A stretch of 64,000 nt of DNA from Eledone cirrhosa (taxonomy: Eukaryota): contig CAXHJY010000551.1 in the NCBI GenBank assembly GCA_964016885.1, positions 1 through 64,000 of the forward strand, read 5' to 3'. This document shows, in pieces, positions 45,075 to 59,269 of the stretch. Each line of letters begins with the position of its first letter. Within the stretch, counting starts at the first letter, position 1. The notes under the pieces were generated by a model. It ran no database searches. It was not told the DNA's origin and saw nothing but the letters and a program-made list of their open reading frames with translations. Made by a program: the position numbers and the translations under genes.

Positions 45075-46187
45075 TAAATGAGTAGCCAGTAAGTGATTTT
45101 CTCTCTAGCATGTTTTAGGAGCACGACTGAATTCTAGTTGGAACCTTCTTATTTCCTTATTATATATTTCATACGTTTGCTTTGGAACAATAGCCTTCAT
45201 GAATCGTGAAGTCGTTTAGTGTTTTGTAATATAGTACCATCTTTACCATACAAACGATTGTGATATTCATCTGTTGGAGTGGAAACAAGGGAAACTAAAG
45301 GTATTTTAGCCCGTTCGGATGAGATATTCCAACTATATAGTCGGCTGATGAAAGATCTCACTGTAGCAATCTCTACATATTTTGGAGTCCAGTCAAGAAA
45401 TTTCACTTCGCAATTGTAGGAATCTAATTCCAACGACTAGGGAACATGCAATTAATATCCGTAGCTACATCTACGTAGTATTTTCAAATTATACGAGATC
45501 ACCTGGAATTAAGGACAATCTGAGATGAGGAGAAACTGCCATAGATTACTGCAGTTTGCCTAAGATGTTTAAAGTGTGCTCTTATCAGCATGACTTCTTG
45601 CCGATATTTTTATGACCAACTGAATTTCCTGCCCTGATGTTAACAAAAGCAGGAAGAATACACAAGTCTGCTCGCATGATCCTTCGATAGTGAATTGGTC
45701 TTTCATCTTGCTTTACATAAATTGGGTTGTATAATTCTACTGCAAATCTCAAGCTGCAATAAAAATATCTAGTGAGGATGTATTTGAAATATACAAGATC
45801 CCGATAGTACATGGTACTTCGGAATTCGGTGGATCTTATTGCATGTGTGGCAATTAGTTGATAAGAAAGAAACCTAACTTGGAAAAATATCATGGAGCAG
45901 AAGAGACCATAGATGAAAAAAAGAAAAAAAAATGAACTACAGTATGGTCTAAAAGATTTCGTGAAAGACTAGTGGAAGGATCTTACAAAAGTATTTGGGA
46001 ATGAACAAAAGCAAGTTATATGAAAAGGAAGCAAATGGATCAAGAAACAAGGCATTTTCTTCATTTGTGAAAAAATACGTTATATAATAAATAACTATTA
46101 AGAACCAAACCCAAATACTCGTATATTGGATTTTAGCATAATATTTTCCTGTGCCTCTGAATGTGTGTATGTGTACGTGTGTGTATG

Positions 46188-46247
<60 letters not shown>

Positions 46248-47259
46248 TGTGTGTGTGTGTGTGTGTGTTTTAGAAAAACAATGTCCGAGAGAAACCGTAT
46301 CATAAAAAAAAGATATATGTTGAGGTGACGAGTGGGAGTGCGGTATAATGGTTTAGACGGGTCCTATGTTGTCTAACTTCTATATCTAGCATATTAAAAT
46401 CCTTACATTGGCTCTATAAAGTCTCTTGTGGCGATTTAGAGTACGGGGTCCGAAGTCAAGGTTAAATAGCTCTGGGGTGTGTGTGTGGGGGTCAGAGACA
46501 ATTGATCTTAATTACCCCTTATCAGCTAGCGCCCGCTACTTCTCATCTCTGTCTTCGTTTCTCTCATTAATTCCTTTCACACTTCTCATTTCTTTTATAC
46601 ATTTACCTTTACCAACGCTCCCTTCTTTTTTCTACATAGACACACACATTCAAATTGTAGCAACAAATTCTGTAATTGAGTGGTAATTTAGTCCTCGAAT
46701 ATGAATGGATGGAAAGTAAATTTCACCTAACTGGGAGTTAAAACCAAAATAAAAGAAAACTAAGCATCCAAATCAATTTCTAAATATTTCTAAAGCACCA
46801 TGACAACGACAATGACGACATTGAGGACCATCGCTACAATTGCTAATCAAGCTGTTTATGGATTAACTCTTACCCATACATACCATTCCCTCTTTCCATG
46901 GATTCCAGATCATACTTTAGATAAATTATGTTTTTAAATAGAGACTCGCTGGTCATAACTGGATCGTATGTCATATTTAAAAAGAAGACACTATGATAAC
47001 TATCACATCACCATCATCGAACATTGATAACTGACCTACGTTGAAAGCTACAAATATTGGTCAAGGGTTTACTTCATTCAATTGGCTGAAATAACTGATT
47101 GCTATCGATTTTCTCAACCCTGGAATGATGAAAGCAAATCACGTTCTGATTTGAACACAGAGCGTTAAATAACGTATATACGCACTGTAAGTAATTTGTC
47201 AACCATATCTATTGATTCTGCTGCCTCCCATCGTTCTCTCCGCAATATCAACGACAATA

Positions 47260-48130
47260 CGAAATTGACCCAATAAGAAATTGCAACAAAATCTCCTTCA
47301 AACCATATCTTACACTCTTCAAAACGGAAGGAGCCCTTCGTAGACAATGTAATCCTTCATATACAAAAATACCGAATGGTCAGGGTTCGAATATCTTTTA
47401 TATTAATTCCCTTCCGTCAGAGATCTGAAGCTAAACAACAGCAACAAAAACAATGATCATCCTCGAATACAAATCAATGAACGAAGCTTTATATCGTTGC
47501 TCAACCTGCTAGAAATAACAGCCAAATCTCACTTAAATCAAAACCTATATATAGTTGGATCATGTGGTTCTAGATCTTCAGTGCTTGCCAAGACAGTCCT
47601 GCAGGGAACAGTACAAGGAGAGAGGAAGAGAGGCAGACAGAGAAAGAGATGGGAGGACAACATCCCGAAATGGACAGGCATGGCGATGGATGCAACCATG
47701 AGGAAGGCGGAGAGGTGAGAATAATGGAAGGAGCTGGTTGCAGGGTCATCTGTGGCGCCCCAACGGTCGACTAGACTACGGGACAGATAAGATGAGAGTT
47801 CTAGATACACATGTATCTTAACAGTGGGCAAGATGTGCACGCATGGAAGGCCTTTCGTCATAGTTCTGCTCCATTATAGCTGAACAGGGGCTAAACAACA
47901 GCAACAACACCAACACGACAACGTCGACAATCAACATCACTACCAAGAGAGCCTCCACCTGGTGAATTTACCTGCTAAAAATAGAAGCCATATCTAACTC
48001 AATTCATACCCTACTACTGCGAACGCATACACACACATACATACCTTATCTAGTAGATGATGGGATGGTCAGCGCTGGCTCAACTTTGATCGTAGATTTA
48101 TTCGGTCATGGTTGACCTGGAGATAAACCA
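47260..48130 (+). mobile_element. Three tandem family S3 SINE-like copies
   Basis: Repeated (c)tgctagaaata(a/g)cagccaaatctc ... gctaaacaacagcaac. Confidence 0.6.
47576..47797 (+). mobile_element. 5'-truncated RTE LINE with a 9-bp TSD
   Basis: LAKTVLQGTVQGERKRGRQRKRWEDNI...WKELV...SSVAPQR; (gataa/gatga) tail; TSD gttctagat at 47567-75 and 47798-806. Confidence 0.9.
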
Positions 48131-49399
48131 CGCCAACCAATTATTATGATCGTCTCCAACACCAACACCAGCAAAAGCAGCAGCAGCATCACGACCACTA
48201 CCACTACAACGTCCACTACCACTCACCCCCATACCCATATATACACCAACAACAAGAACACTACTAACACAACAACAGCCAATAACAACACCAAACAACA
48301 CCGTTGCTACTCTAACTTACAAATGCTATCTTTCACATCAAACAACAACAACAACAACAACGACAACAGCAACAACAACAACAACAACATCAACGAGAAA
48401 GAATAAAAAATCTGCATATTAAGCTACAGTAGTTTGGTAGACAGTCTGGCAGTGAAAAAAAAAAGAAAGAATGTAAAGCTGACCTTTTTTTTTAAACTGT
48501 CGAGCTCTTGAGAGGCTTGTAAGGTATTCAAAATATTCTATTCACTGTTCAGGGATATCCACCGTCCACACACACATACATACAAACACACCCACACTCA
48601 CACACACATATACACACACAAACACTCACGCACACACATAGACTATCTCTCTCTCTCTATCTCTCACACACACACACACAGATAAACATTCACACAGACA
48701 CACATACGGAGAAACATAGATATTTAAATAGATAAATACGCAAAAAATAAATAAACAAACTAATACATGTAAGAAATATTTAAAATAAAAATAATAATAA
48801 ATAGATAAAATTAAATAAATACGTAAATTAGAAATAATGTGTTGATAATGGTTTCTTAATTGCAGGCATGAAGTGTCTGTCTGGAAATAGGTCTGATGAT
48901 GATGATGGCGGCGACGACGATGACGATTATGATGATGGTGATCATCATCATTCTGAGGAGTATTTCTAACATAGACACAAGGTCGGAGATTTCTGCGAAA
49001 GGAAGCAGTTGAAGATGTTGCCTCCGCTACTTAATTTGTATTTTATTTTATCGATCCCGGAAGGGTGACAGGTCAATTTGGCCTAGGTGGGATTTGAACA
49101 TAGAATGCAAAGCATTTTTCCGACGCTCCAGGGAGACTGTAATTTCTTTATGAGGCAACAGTGTCAAAAGACGAAGTGGAAGGTAGACTGCAAACGCAGT
49201 CATAGTTAACACTCAAAGAAATATAAATCAGAGATAACAAAGAACTTGCCAACAAAAAATGTCCCCAACATAAGGCAGGGGAGAGCTACCTAGGGACAAT
49301 CATTGAACCTAACAAGTCTTGTATTAACCTGACCACAAAAGTGTATGATTTACTTGAGCAATATTTACCACACCACCAACCCACAATCTTCAATAAATA

Positions 49400-50780
49400 A
49401 ATTGAAGGGAGTACTTCCGGTTTCGAGCGAAATTTATAAATGTTGATGAGGGCCAGGTTAAACGCAAAATATGTTTCATTCCTTTCAGTCCCATCATACC
49501 GCACAACCTCTTTCTTTTCTTTCACTTCCTTCACCATAGTCACTAGACAGAAGAAAACTGTCTTCTCTTCTCGATTAAAAGAAAGCAGCTTGGCGACTTA
49601 CACGATGGACACATCTGATAGCCGGATCCCTCCTAAGAGCTATGAAAACTGTTCAGCAGATATCCATATAACAGTAATTATCATACATTTGGACATTCCC
49701 AGATAGGCGTTGAAGCACATGAAGAGATTCAGTCGCCCTGTCTTAAAATTGGTGTATAAACGGCCAATAATTTAAAGTTATCGCTTTTTCTACTGATTAT
49801 TTCCAGTGTCACAGAATTAACATTCTGGTTTACGCTGGCAAATCCTTACTTTGAGATGTGGGCTATATTCAAAAAGCATTGCCGTTGCCCCCGAACCGGG
49901 TCGAAAGGAAATAGTGTGTAACTCTTTGTAATCACCTAGAAAAATGCGCGTTTCTACACGTCGGAAATCTTTGATCTCAGTGATGGCTGCCTCATTTGAT
50001 TTGTTGACATGAAGCCATTTATTAACTAACTCCGAGTTCCATGCCAGCCCAAGGCTACGAGTATTTATAAAATCTAATCTCAATTTGACTATATTCGGTA
50101 GAATATTGGAAAACAGTGTTTATTATTCATTAGGAACAACTGAGTAGTCCGGTTTTCCTACAGCTTTGAAAACGGTTTAAGTGAATTTTTATAGATGTCT
50201 GGCTCTGTTCGATCAGAAGTCTGTCTGATGTCAAATTTGAGAAAAGTCCGTATATGCCCGATTCTGCGGAATGTATGTTCTTAAATTGGTTTACATACTT
50301 ACTCATCGTTTTCCGCTTGAGAACGACTTAGTTGAGGATGATATATATGGGGATCCTAGCTGTTTTTATTCTTGCAATACTTAATGGGTTTTTATTCGCA
50401 TTGGTTGTTGTAGCTGTATTTTAGCTTGCTGTATTTTTTTTGTGTTTGCTGGCTTCGTTTTTAATGCTGGATTTGTGTATTTTCTTGTGGTTTATGTTGT
50501 GGTTACGGGTTTGGCTGTTATTTTTGTTGTTGATGTGTGTTCTCCTCTCTGTATTGTCAGGTTTGGTACAGTTACACGTTTAGCTACTTCTATTAAATTA
50601 ATTACGATTCTTTTTGTGCTTATAGGTGTTCGGGTTATTAGTTTCGTTTTTACGTATGTAGGCGTAATTTGTGTTGCAATGGTTTTCAATGGAGAGGGTG
50701 TGCTGTTACAGAATTCTTCAATGTTTCGTCGAAATTTTAGGGCTTCAAAGTTGCGTGATTGACAGAGGATTTGTTCGTTT
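49400..50780 (-). mobile_element. Old internally deleted L1/Tx1 remnant (ORF1-like tail, APE start, ORF2 end)
   Basis: 50083->49860 reads RLDFINTRSL...AAITEIK...GSGATAMLF (APE motifs N.RGL, QET, GVAIL); 49640->49430 reads IRLSDVSIV..LLSFNREEKTVFFCLVTMVKEV, similar to IKLTAESVM..PPLFTKEAKAVFLCVIAMLKEV of the 8603 ORF. Confidence 0.65.
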
Positions 50781-50940
50781 ATTTTTACCAACGTCTGAGA
50801 GGGATGAGAAGGAACGAAGAAAGTGTGTATGAGAGAAGGTGGAAGTAGAATAAGACATAGGGAGTATGGGAGAGTTGAAGTGATTTCAGAAAGACTGAAA
50901 AGGAGAGAAAGAGTGAGAGAAAGAAAGAGAGGGAGATAGT

Positions 50941-51085
<145 letters not shown>

Positions 51086-52089
51086 AAAGAGTGAGAGTGA
51101 GAGCATCACGACATAATCCAATATATTTTAGAATATTTCTGTACGTCCCATGAACTCTACTACTCAACTGTGTTTCTGTTTTTTCACCCTAGTAGAACAT
51201 GTTTAACAATCTCTTGTCTTGATTCCATCTTGTTTTACAAGAGGTATCAGAAACGGCGTTGTGTGTGTGAGTGTGTGCTTGTGTGCCTGTTTGTCTGTGT
51301 GTGTGTATGTGTGGGGGTTATTATGTAATGAATTTTGATCGCCGCAACGAATTTCATAAAAATTCCTTGACAGATCTGTTTCTAGAAACCAAATAAAACT
51401 CCAAACATTCGACCTCCGTAATTACTATCAATCACAAATTATCGCACACACGCACATACACACACACACACATACATACACACACACTTATATATATGTT
51501 TATATATTTCTTTATTACATATATATAGAGAGATTTACATAGGTTGTTTGAGGAGATGGGATTGTCAGTTTTTCCATAGTTTTTTTTTTTGCAATGTATA
51601 TATATATATATATATATATATATGATTACAATCTATCTATCCATTCATTCTGTCTAGTCGTTACCTATTTCTTCTTCTTCTTCTTCTTCTTCTTCTACAT
51701 ATATATATGTGTGTGTGTTTGTATATATGTGTGTGTCTGTGTGAGTTTATATGTGACTGTGTATACGCGTGCGTGTTTTTGTGCGTGTGCGTGTTGAAAT
51801 GCGTTTGGGATATGAATATCGTGACCTCTGTTGATATGTATTTGATATTGTATCAAGTTGAGAGATTGGTATTGATACACAGTAAAATACATAGGTGAAA
51901 GAGAGAAAGAGAATGAGTGTGTGTATGTGTGTACATGTTTGAGAAGCGGGGAGAAAACGATAGAGGTTTGAGGAAACACCGAGAACTTGTGTAAACATGT
52001 AAAATGAATGAGAGGAAAAGAGGGCTAAAGGGAAGATTCAGATAAAGAAACGAATATCTATCTCACTATCTCTATCTATCTATTTATCA

Positions 52090-52173
52090 AGTTTGCCTTT
52101 CATCCTTACGGGGTCGATAAAATAAAGTACCAGTAATACACTGGTTAATTGCTGGCCTTGTGCCAAAAGTAGA

Positions 52174-52178
<5 letters not shown>
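52090..52178 (+). mobile_element. SINE-A 3' half
   Basis: tttgcctttcatccttacggggtcgataaaataaagtacc...gtagaaacaat. Confidence 0.85.
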
Positions 52179-52253
<75 letters not shown>

Positions 52254-52350
52254 ATATATATATCACTGTATCTATCTCACTGTATCTATCTATTTATAAA
52301 TATATAAATATATATATATATATATATACAGAGAGAGGGAGAGAGAGAGT

Positions 52351-52388
<38 letters not shown>

Positions 52389-52613
52389 TACAGTGGTAAA
52401 TTGGTAGATAGTTCGATATAAAGACGTCATCGCGGAAGGTTTGAAGACATTGTCTCTATTCGGAAAATAAAACATTGACTCTGCTTATATATATTGAGTC
52501 TGCATACGGAAAACATTTTACCGTTCGAAACGATATTCATTATACATATTCATATATATATATATATATGTGTGTGTGTGTAAGTATGAGAAATGAAATT
52601 TCATTTCATTCTT

Positions 52614-52668
<55 letters not shown>

Positions 52669-52669
<1 letters not shown>

Positions 52670-53068
52670 CGATATATTAACAAATGGAAACTATATTTAT
52701 AAAACCATATTTATTTCATTATACATATTTCAACGACACCAAGTTAAATTATGGAGTGCTTTCATCAGATAAAATATAATATAGATCAGTTTTATAAATA
52801 AATATTGACATACCCTTAAAGAATGCAACCATTTCTGTTGGAAGCTCCCGGATAGTCATATGATCTATATTATATTTTATCTGATGAAAGCACACCATAA
52901 TTTAACTTGGTGTCCTTGAAATATGTATAATGAAATAAATATGGTTTTATAAATATAGTTTCCATTTGTTAATATATCGTATTTTTACTCCAATAATTTG
53001 TTAAGTGCTTTATATCAGTTATAAAAATATTTGCTTGTTGTATCCCAACAATTTAAATAGAACTTCTA
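52669..53068 (+). mobile_element. Family C fold-back insertion with two inverted hammerheads
   Basis: Arms 52669-52788 / 52861-52980; CTGATGA 52881-87, GAAA 52918-21; tail to 53068; flanked by (TA)n. Confidence 0.82.
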
Positions 53069-53086
53069 CATATATATATATATATG

Positions 53087-53520
53087 TATTGGAAAATATG
53101 TGAGATCCTTGGTACAGTTAGGTATATCTGGAAAAAAAAATGAAAAGAATGACTTCACTTGTAGTGTTAAAAAATGTTTGATTTAATGTTGTAATATTAT
53201 AATATTTTGAGTTGGTAGATCCAGTAATTTCTTTGTTAACTTCGGTGGGAAGAATTTTAGAAATTCCTGGTTAACTTGGGTTGGAAAACTTTCTCGCATT
53301 CGTCTGTCTGTGGCGATTGTCAAACCAGGAATTGTTAACCAGGAATCTCTAAAATTCTTCCCACCGAAGTTAACAAAGACATTACTGGATCTACCAACTC
53401 AAAATATTATAATATTACAACATTAAATCAAAGATTTTTTAACACTACAAGTGAAGTCATTCTTTTCATTTGTTTCAGATATACCTAACTGTACCAAGGA
53501 TCTCACACATTTTCCAATAT
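53087..53520. mobile_element. Fold-back with ~190-bp arms containing a PLE GIY-YIG-like C-terminus
   Basis: Arms 53087-53275 / 53333-53519; the right arm reads HYWIYQLKIL*...LNQR (cf. E.YWIYQLKTL.P.GLN); flanked by (TA)n. Confidence 0.7.
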
Positions 53521-53846
53521 ATATATATATATATATAGGTGGGCTATAAAAGGCGGATACCTGTATTTTATCTCATACGTGATTTTCCGGGTTGATATGA
53601 TCAACAAGTCTGGATGTAATTCTGTTGAGCATGACACGAGGAAGTACCTTGCTAGCATAGAAAGAAGGGAGATGCCACGAGATTTGTCATAGACAGATTT
53701 TTTACCTCTCCTATTGTAAAGACAGATTATAGGCGCATCTCTGAATTCTTGTGAAGCATGTTCGTCCTTCCAGATTTCCAGAAATAGCCGAAGAAAATTA
53801 CGAACCAGTTTTTGACTACCATATTAGAAATTTTCAGATGTGATGT

Positions 53847-53901
<55 letters not shown>

Positions 53902-54109
53902 ACACACAAACACACACACACAGCTAAACACACATACAGACATACACACATACATACATTCACACATACACACACACACACACACATATACGCATACACA
54001 CACACACACATAATTGTATATATATTTGTGTCAGACGTTGTTACCCCAGGTGAACCAGCCCTACCGCACATATATGTATACAGCTATGTTAAAGCTACAT
54101 TTTAATATA

Positions 54110-55369
54110 TAGGTTGCAGGCGGTATTTGATGACACATGAATTTTTAGACATTATTTTATTTGACTAATTTTTATTGAACTTCCATTTCAGAAAATAACA
54201 ATGAAAATAACTATGCTTACTAATGAATTGAAAAGGCAAGCTGTGATTGTGGCTTTGAAGGCTCAGCATGGGGATTTAGAAATTTCTCGTTTTCTGAAAG
54301 TTGCAAGATCTTTTGTCCACAAGTTTCAGTGTGAGTTAGAGGAAGAAGATGAAAACGTCTAACCTGTATCAAAACGTAAAAAACATTCCAAACGCTCTGA
54401 TTCTATCAGGACATCTGAATTTATTCAGGAAGTTACGCAAAACATTGATAACAATCCAGGAAAATCAATGAGATCAATTGCAAAAAAATTTGGTGTGTCA
54501 GAAAAAACAATCAGAAATGTTGTGCATGAAGACATCAGATACAAATCTTACGTGATGAGAATATGTCAATTCATTTCAGGAAAAACAAAAGAAAAGCGTT
54601 TAATCAGATCCAAAAGACTTTTAAACAAACTTAAAAATCCACCAGAAGATGGTGTGATTTGGTTTTTCTCAGATGAGAAAAACTTTGACCAGGACCACAA
54701 AACTAACAGAAGAAATGATAGGTGGTTATGTTCATACCCTTGTGAGGTTCTAAGAGTAATGCACACACAATCTCCTGGAAATGTCATGGTTTTGGGTGTT
54801 GTTAGCAATGAAGGACATGTGATGCCTCCTCACATTTTTCCACAAGACCTTAGGGTGAATGCTGCTGCATATATTGAGGTTCTAGATAAAGTTGTTAAGC
54901 CTTGGGTCAACAGTGTATGCAATGGAAGGCCTTATGTCTTTCAACAAGATTCTGCACAATCACACAAGGCTCAATTGACATGGATGGCTGACAATTTGCA
55001 TGATCACATCTCACCCAACATTTGGTCTCCTAATTCTCCAGGTCTCAATCCACTGGACTACTATGTATGGAGCATCGTTGAGAAAAATGTCAATGAACAC
55101 CCCCATAGCACCTAAGATGCTTTGAAAGCCGCCATAATTCGAGTCATGTCCGATATGAACAAGGACCACTTAATCCGAGTTTTTTTAAACGATTTCGAAC
55201 CCGTGTAGAGGCAGTTATTGATGCTTATGGTGGTTTTATTGAATGAAATTATAAATTGATAATTTAGCTTTATGTTTATGTTATACTTATAAGAGTATAT
55301 TTTTTTTCTGTTATTATATAAGCGTTTTTTTTAACCATAAATCTGTCCTGAAATACCATCCGCCCCCTG
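54110..55369 (+). mobile_element. Near full-length Tc1/mariner DNA transposon (DD37D/maT-like)
   Basis: Imperfect 29-bp TIRs (20/29 match by eye), TA on both flanks, 1260 bp, internal transposase. Confidence 0.9.
54201..55246 (+). pseudogene. Disrupted DDD transposase
   Basis: ATG 54201; HTH MRSIAKKFGVSEKTIR; FSDEKNF, FQQDSA, WSPNSPGLNPLDY; premature stops at 54360 and 55113, frameshift near 55185; ends RVEAVIDAYGGFIE*. Confidence 0.9.
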
Positions 55370-55398
55370 TATATATATATGTGTGTGTGTGTATGTGT

Positions 55399-55490
<92 letters not shown>

Positions 55491-55660
55491 GTGTGTGTGT
55501 CTGTGTGTGTGTTCAGAAGAGATTGTTTTGGTAAAAACAGAACCAATCAGGAGAAAGGTCTTTACATTCGTAGTTTGTATTTACGATGTAGATTCAGTAT
55601 AAGAATAACATTAAGAAAGATGTTGATGTTAGATATTTCGCTGCCATCAGGTCTAATATA

Positions 55661-55712
<52 letters not shown>

Positions 55713-55919
55713 CTTCTACGTTAGGCACAAGGCCAGCAATTACCCAGTGTATTACTGGTACTTTATTTTATATATATATAATATAATATAATATAATATA
55801 ATATAATATAATATATCAAGAATGATTAATAAAACAGGTAGACATCATAAACAGGTAATTTTATTCCAAGTGTTTACAAATGTATTAATCCTAAGCATTT
55901 CTTGCATAACCTAATATAT

Positions 55920-55991
<72 letters not shown>

Positions 55992-56851
55992 GTATATATA
56001 TATACATATGTATATATACACACATACATATATATAAATAGTAGTGGTAGCGATACCAAAACAACTGCAACAAGTTCCGGAAAGGCTCAGGTTAGTGACC
56101 CTGTGGGTCCGCACGCGCTCTTACACAGACTCAGACACCAATACCTCCACAGACCCCTACAACACACATAAACGATATATATAGTATGTATGTGTGTGTG
56201 TATGTGTCAAGGACATGCCAGTCAGTCACTGTCTAGTTTTGCTGTAGAGGTTTTTGTGATTTATATAGAAATGAAACTTGAGATTTTCTGTTTTTATATG
56301 ATTTCATATTTCCTTTTTTTTTTTAGAATTTTTTTTTTCTTATTTCTGTTTGTCCTCGTTCAGAGCAACAAGTAAGGTGGAACGGATGCTGTCACAAATG
56401 GAAGTAGTGATGTTCACACTTTCTTCATCTAAAGATCAATAAAATTATATTCATAAAAATTAATCCATAGTAAGTTAAAATTAATCCATAGTAAGTTATT
56501 TGATTATGCTATTACAAAATGAAAATTAGGTTTGTCCACATTGCCATTAATTATCCATGGGTTTGTGTCCTTGCGACCCCTAATTGCTACACCCAACAAT
56601 TTTTCATGTCCCGGTGTACATCTCTGATATTCTCAACTATTACTTATAGTGAATATTATGATGGCCGTTTCCATATGGGCACACATATTACAGATACAGT
56701 ATTATATGTGTAAATCTGAGTGCTTCTTATACTTTTACGTGAGCTTGGTCGAAATGGTTCACTGAATTGCATTTTATCGTCCCATCTTGATGTGTTGCAG
56801 ACATTGATAAACTGCAGTGAACAACTTATATATATATATATATATATATAT

Positions 56852-57110
56852 AAGTTATCCCGGGTTCAATCGGGGGTAAACACAGTAAGGTACTCAATAC
56901 AGTGCAGAGTATAAATGTTTAATATAGAAAAACTTCTACAGGACTAGAACTGTTTCATTCGTGAGAAATCATCAGGAAGCTGACTTTACAAGTAAATATA
57001 GGGGTATTTATACCTTTTCTGGTGGTAGGAGAGGGTGTGGATTGGGATGGGTGGAGGTCATTAGTTGATGGGTTGAAAGAAAAGGGAATTATTTAAAAGC
57101 TAATACTTTA
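56852..57110 (-). mobile_element. PLE-like family H insertion
   Basis: Complete minus-strand hammerhead plus tail hairpin 56891-56911; ends at (TA)n. Confidence 0.7.
56932..56981 (-). ncRNA. Type I hammerhead ribozyme motif (family H)
   Basis: gcttc CTGATGA tttc-tcac-gaat GAAA cag-ttctagtc-ctg TA gaagt; stems I and III pair, GUA triplet. Confidence 0.75.
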
Positions 57111-57115
57111 AAGGA

Positions 57116-57264
57116 ACTAGGTGGACAATATAGCACACCAGAGTACTCGATACTTAGGGTAGTAGAGTGGGTAATAGGAAAAGAGTCAGGACCCCGACGG
57201 TTGATCCGGCCGTAATAATTTTCGAAACGGCCGGAGCTCAGTCTTCGGGATCCTGACTCTTTTC
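57116..57264 (-). mobile_element. Family B fold-back insertion (collapsed centre)
   Basis: aagagtcaggaccccgacgg ... tcttcgggatcctgactctttt with the tail on the left. Confidence 0.72.
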
Positions 57265-57271
57265 GCATATA

Positions 57272-57309
<38 letters not shown>

Positions 57310-57312
57310 AAA

Positions 57313-57432
<120 letters not shown>

Positions 57433-57594
57433 TTTCGCCGAACAAAAGAAGTAATTGACTGACATAATCACTACTTTAAAACTGATAGCGTATTGTCATC
57501 AAAATGTTTTTAATTAAGCATACGGTATATTGGCAAATATACTATACATATATTCATGTATATATCGCTATTTCAGAGCACAAATCCTAATACC

Positions 57595-57639
<45 letters not shown>

Positions 57640-57642
<3 letters not shown>

Positions 57643-57839
57643 GAACAAGTTTAACCCCGACGGCAGAGCTCGAGCTGTTCGACGGCTATTTCTGGAATTT
57701 AGTCCAGAAATAGCCGTCGAAAGGCTGGAGCTCTGTTGTCAGGGTTAAACATTTTCCTATTACCCACTCTACTACCCTAAGTATTGAGTACTCTGGTGCG
57801 TTATCGTCCATCTGGTACCTTACCACACTTCCTTCGTTA
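57640..57839 (+). mobile_element. Family B variant fold-back insertion
   Basis: Arms gttaaccccgacggcagagctc...ctatttctgga / tccagaaatag...gagctctgttgtcagggttaaac; same tail as other B copies. Confidence 0.75.
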
Positions 57840-58009
57840 TATATATATATATATATATATAGTCATTCTTTACGAGCTCTACACCGAATAAAGGGCTTTG
57901 CATATAACATTACTTAAGGTACACAGACATAGTCAAACACTTCCACTGGCAATACACATGCAAAATCAAACAAATATATCGAACCATACACACAAAGTCA
58001 CACACAAAG

Positions 58010-58076
<67 letters not shown>

Positions 58077-58282
58077 CACACGTGTATGCGTATATATATA
58101 TAAATAGTAATAATAATAAATGCGAAGACTAAAATCCCAAAAGGGCTTGATATGGATAAACTTTAATCTGTTATTTTAGTAAATATAAATAAAAAGTATA
58201 TATTCAGTTAAAAACTGACAATAGTCCCTTATAATTAAAATACCTCAAGGAAAAAAAAATATTTTCCGAGCCTTATAATATA

Positions 58283-58400
58283 ATTTTTTCTACTTTTGGC
58301 ACAAGGCCAGCAAATACCCAGTACATTACTGGTACTTTATTTTATCGACCCAGTAAGGATGAAAGGCAAAGTTAACTTTAGCGGGATTTGAACTCAGACC
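58283..58400 (-). mobile_element. SINE-A 3' part
   Basis: tttctacttttggcacaaggccagc...gatttgaactcag. Confidence 0.8.
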
Positions 58401-58980
58401 TAAAGTGCCAGCGGTTTAGGTCGCTTGTGATTTGAAAGCATATATGTATATATCTGTGAGCGAAGTCTGGAGGGGCCCACCCCTCTCGAAGGATATATAT
58501 AGAGTAGATTTCTTCCAGAAAAATATAGAAAGTGAGAGAGAGAGGACATGAGAAATAGGTATAGCGAAAGAATCAACCCCAGTACAAAACTAGAACATTT
58601 TTATCGCTCCCGAAAGTATGAAATGTACAGTTGACCTCGGCGGGATTTGAACTCAGAGAGCAGAATGTCGGAACGAATACCATAAATCATTCTATCAGAC
58701 GTTCCATCATGTACACTCACAAAATACAGTGCATCAACATAGACATATCAGTGTTAATTACATATTCGGCCGCTCCGCCACCACCTCGGTACTCCACCCG
58801 ACACACCGGACTATTTACTCGCCCACATCCATCCTGATAAACACTTATTTCTCATTTTGTTCTATCATCCAACCTCCTTTTTCCAGCAGGCGGGAAATTG
58901 AATAGACTTTGTGTAAATGTATCTCTCTGAGTGTCTTTTTAAATCTTGAATTACACACGCATACACGCGCAAATATACAT

Positions 58981-59033
<53 letters not shown>

Positions 59034-59045
59034 GAGAGAGAGAGG

Positions 59046-59246
59046 TAGAACACTGGAGGATAATAGCCGTAGTGGTAGAGCACTCAGTCCATGGGATGAG
59101 TTTGGTAGAAGTAGTAACACAACAGTATGTTCATCATACCGAGAACAATTGTTTCACCTTATGCGGATCTTCAGCTCGGACTGAAGATCCGCATAATGGA
59201 AACAATTGTTCTTGGTATGATGAACCTACTGTTATCTTACTACTTC
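59046..59246 (-). mobile_element. PLE-like fold-back insertion, family F
   Basis: Palindrome centred 59175-80 with two CTGAAGA...GAAACAATTGTT cores; tail hairpin 59082-59101. Confidence 0.78.
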
Positions 59247-59269
59247 TCTTTCTATATATATATATAAAT

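Noticed and set aside
45120-46080. Complex unique-looking sequence with 78-aa and 102-aa minus-strand ORFs
   Set aside because: No motif recognised; probably an old TE remnant; needs BLASTx
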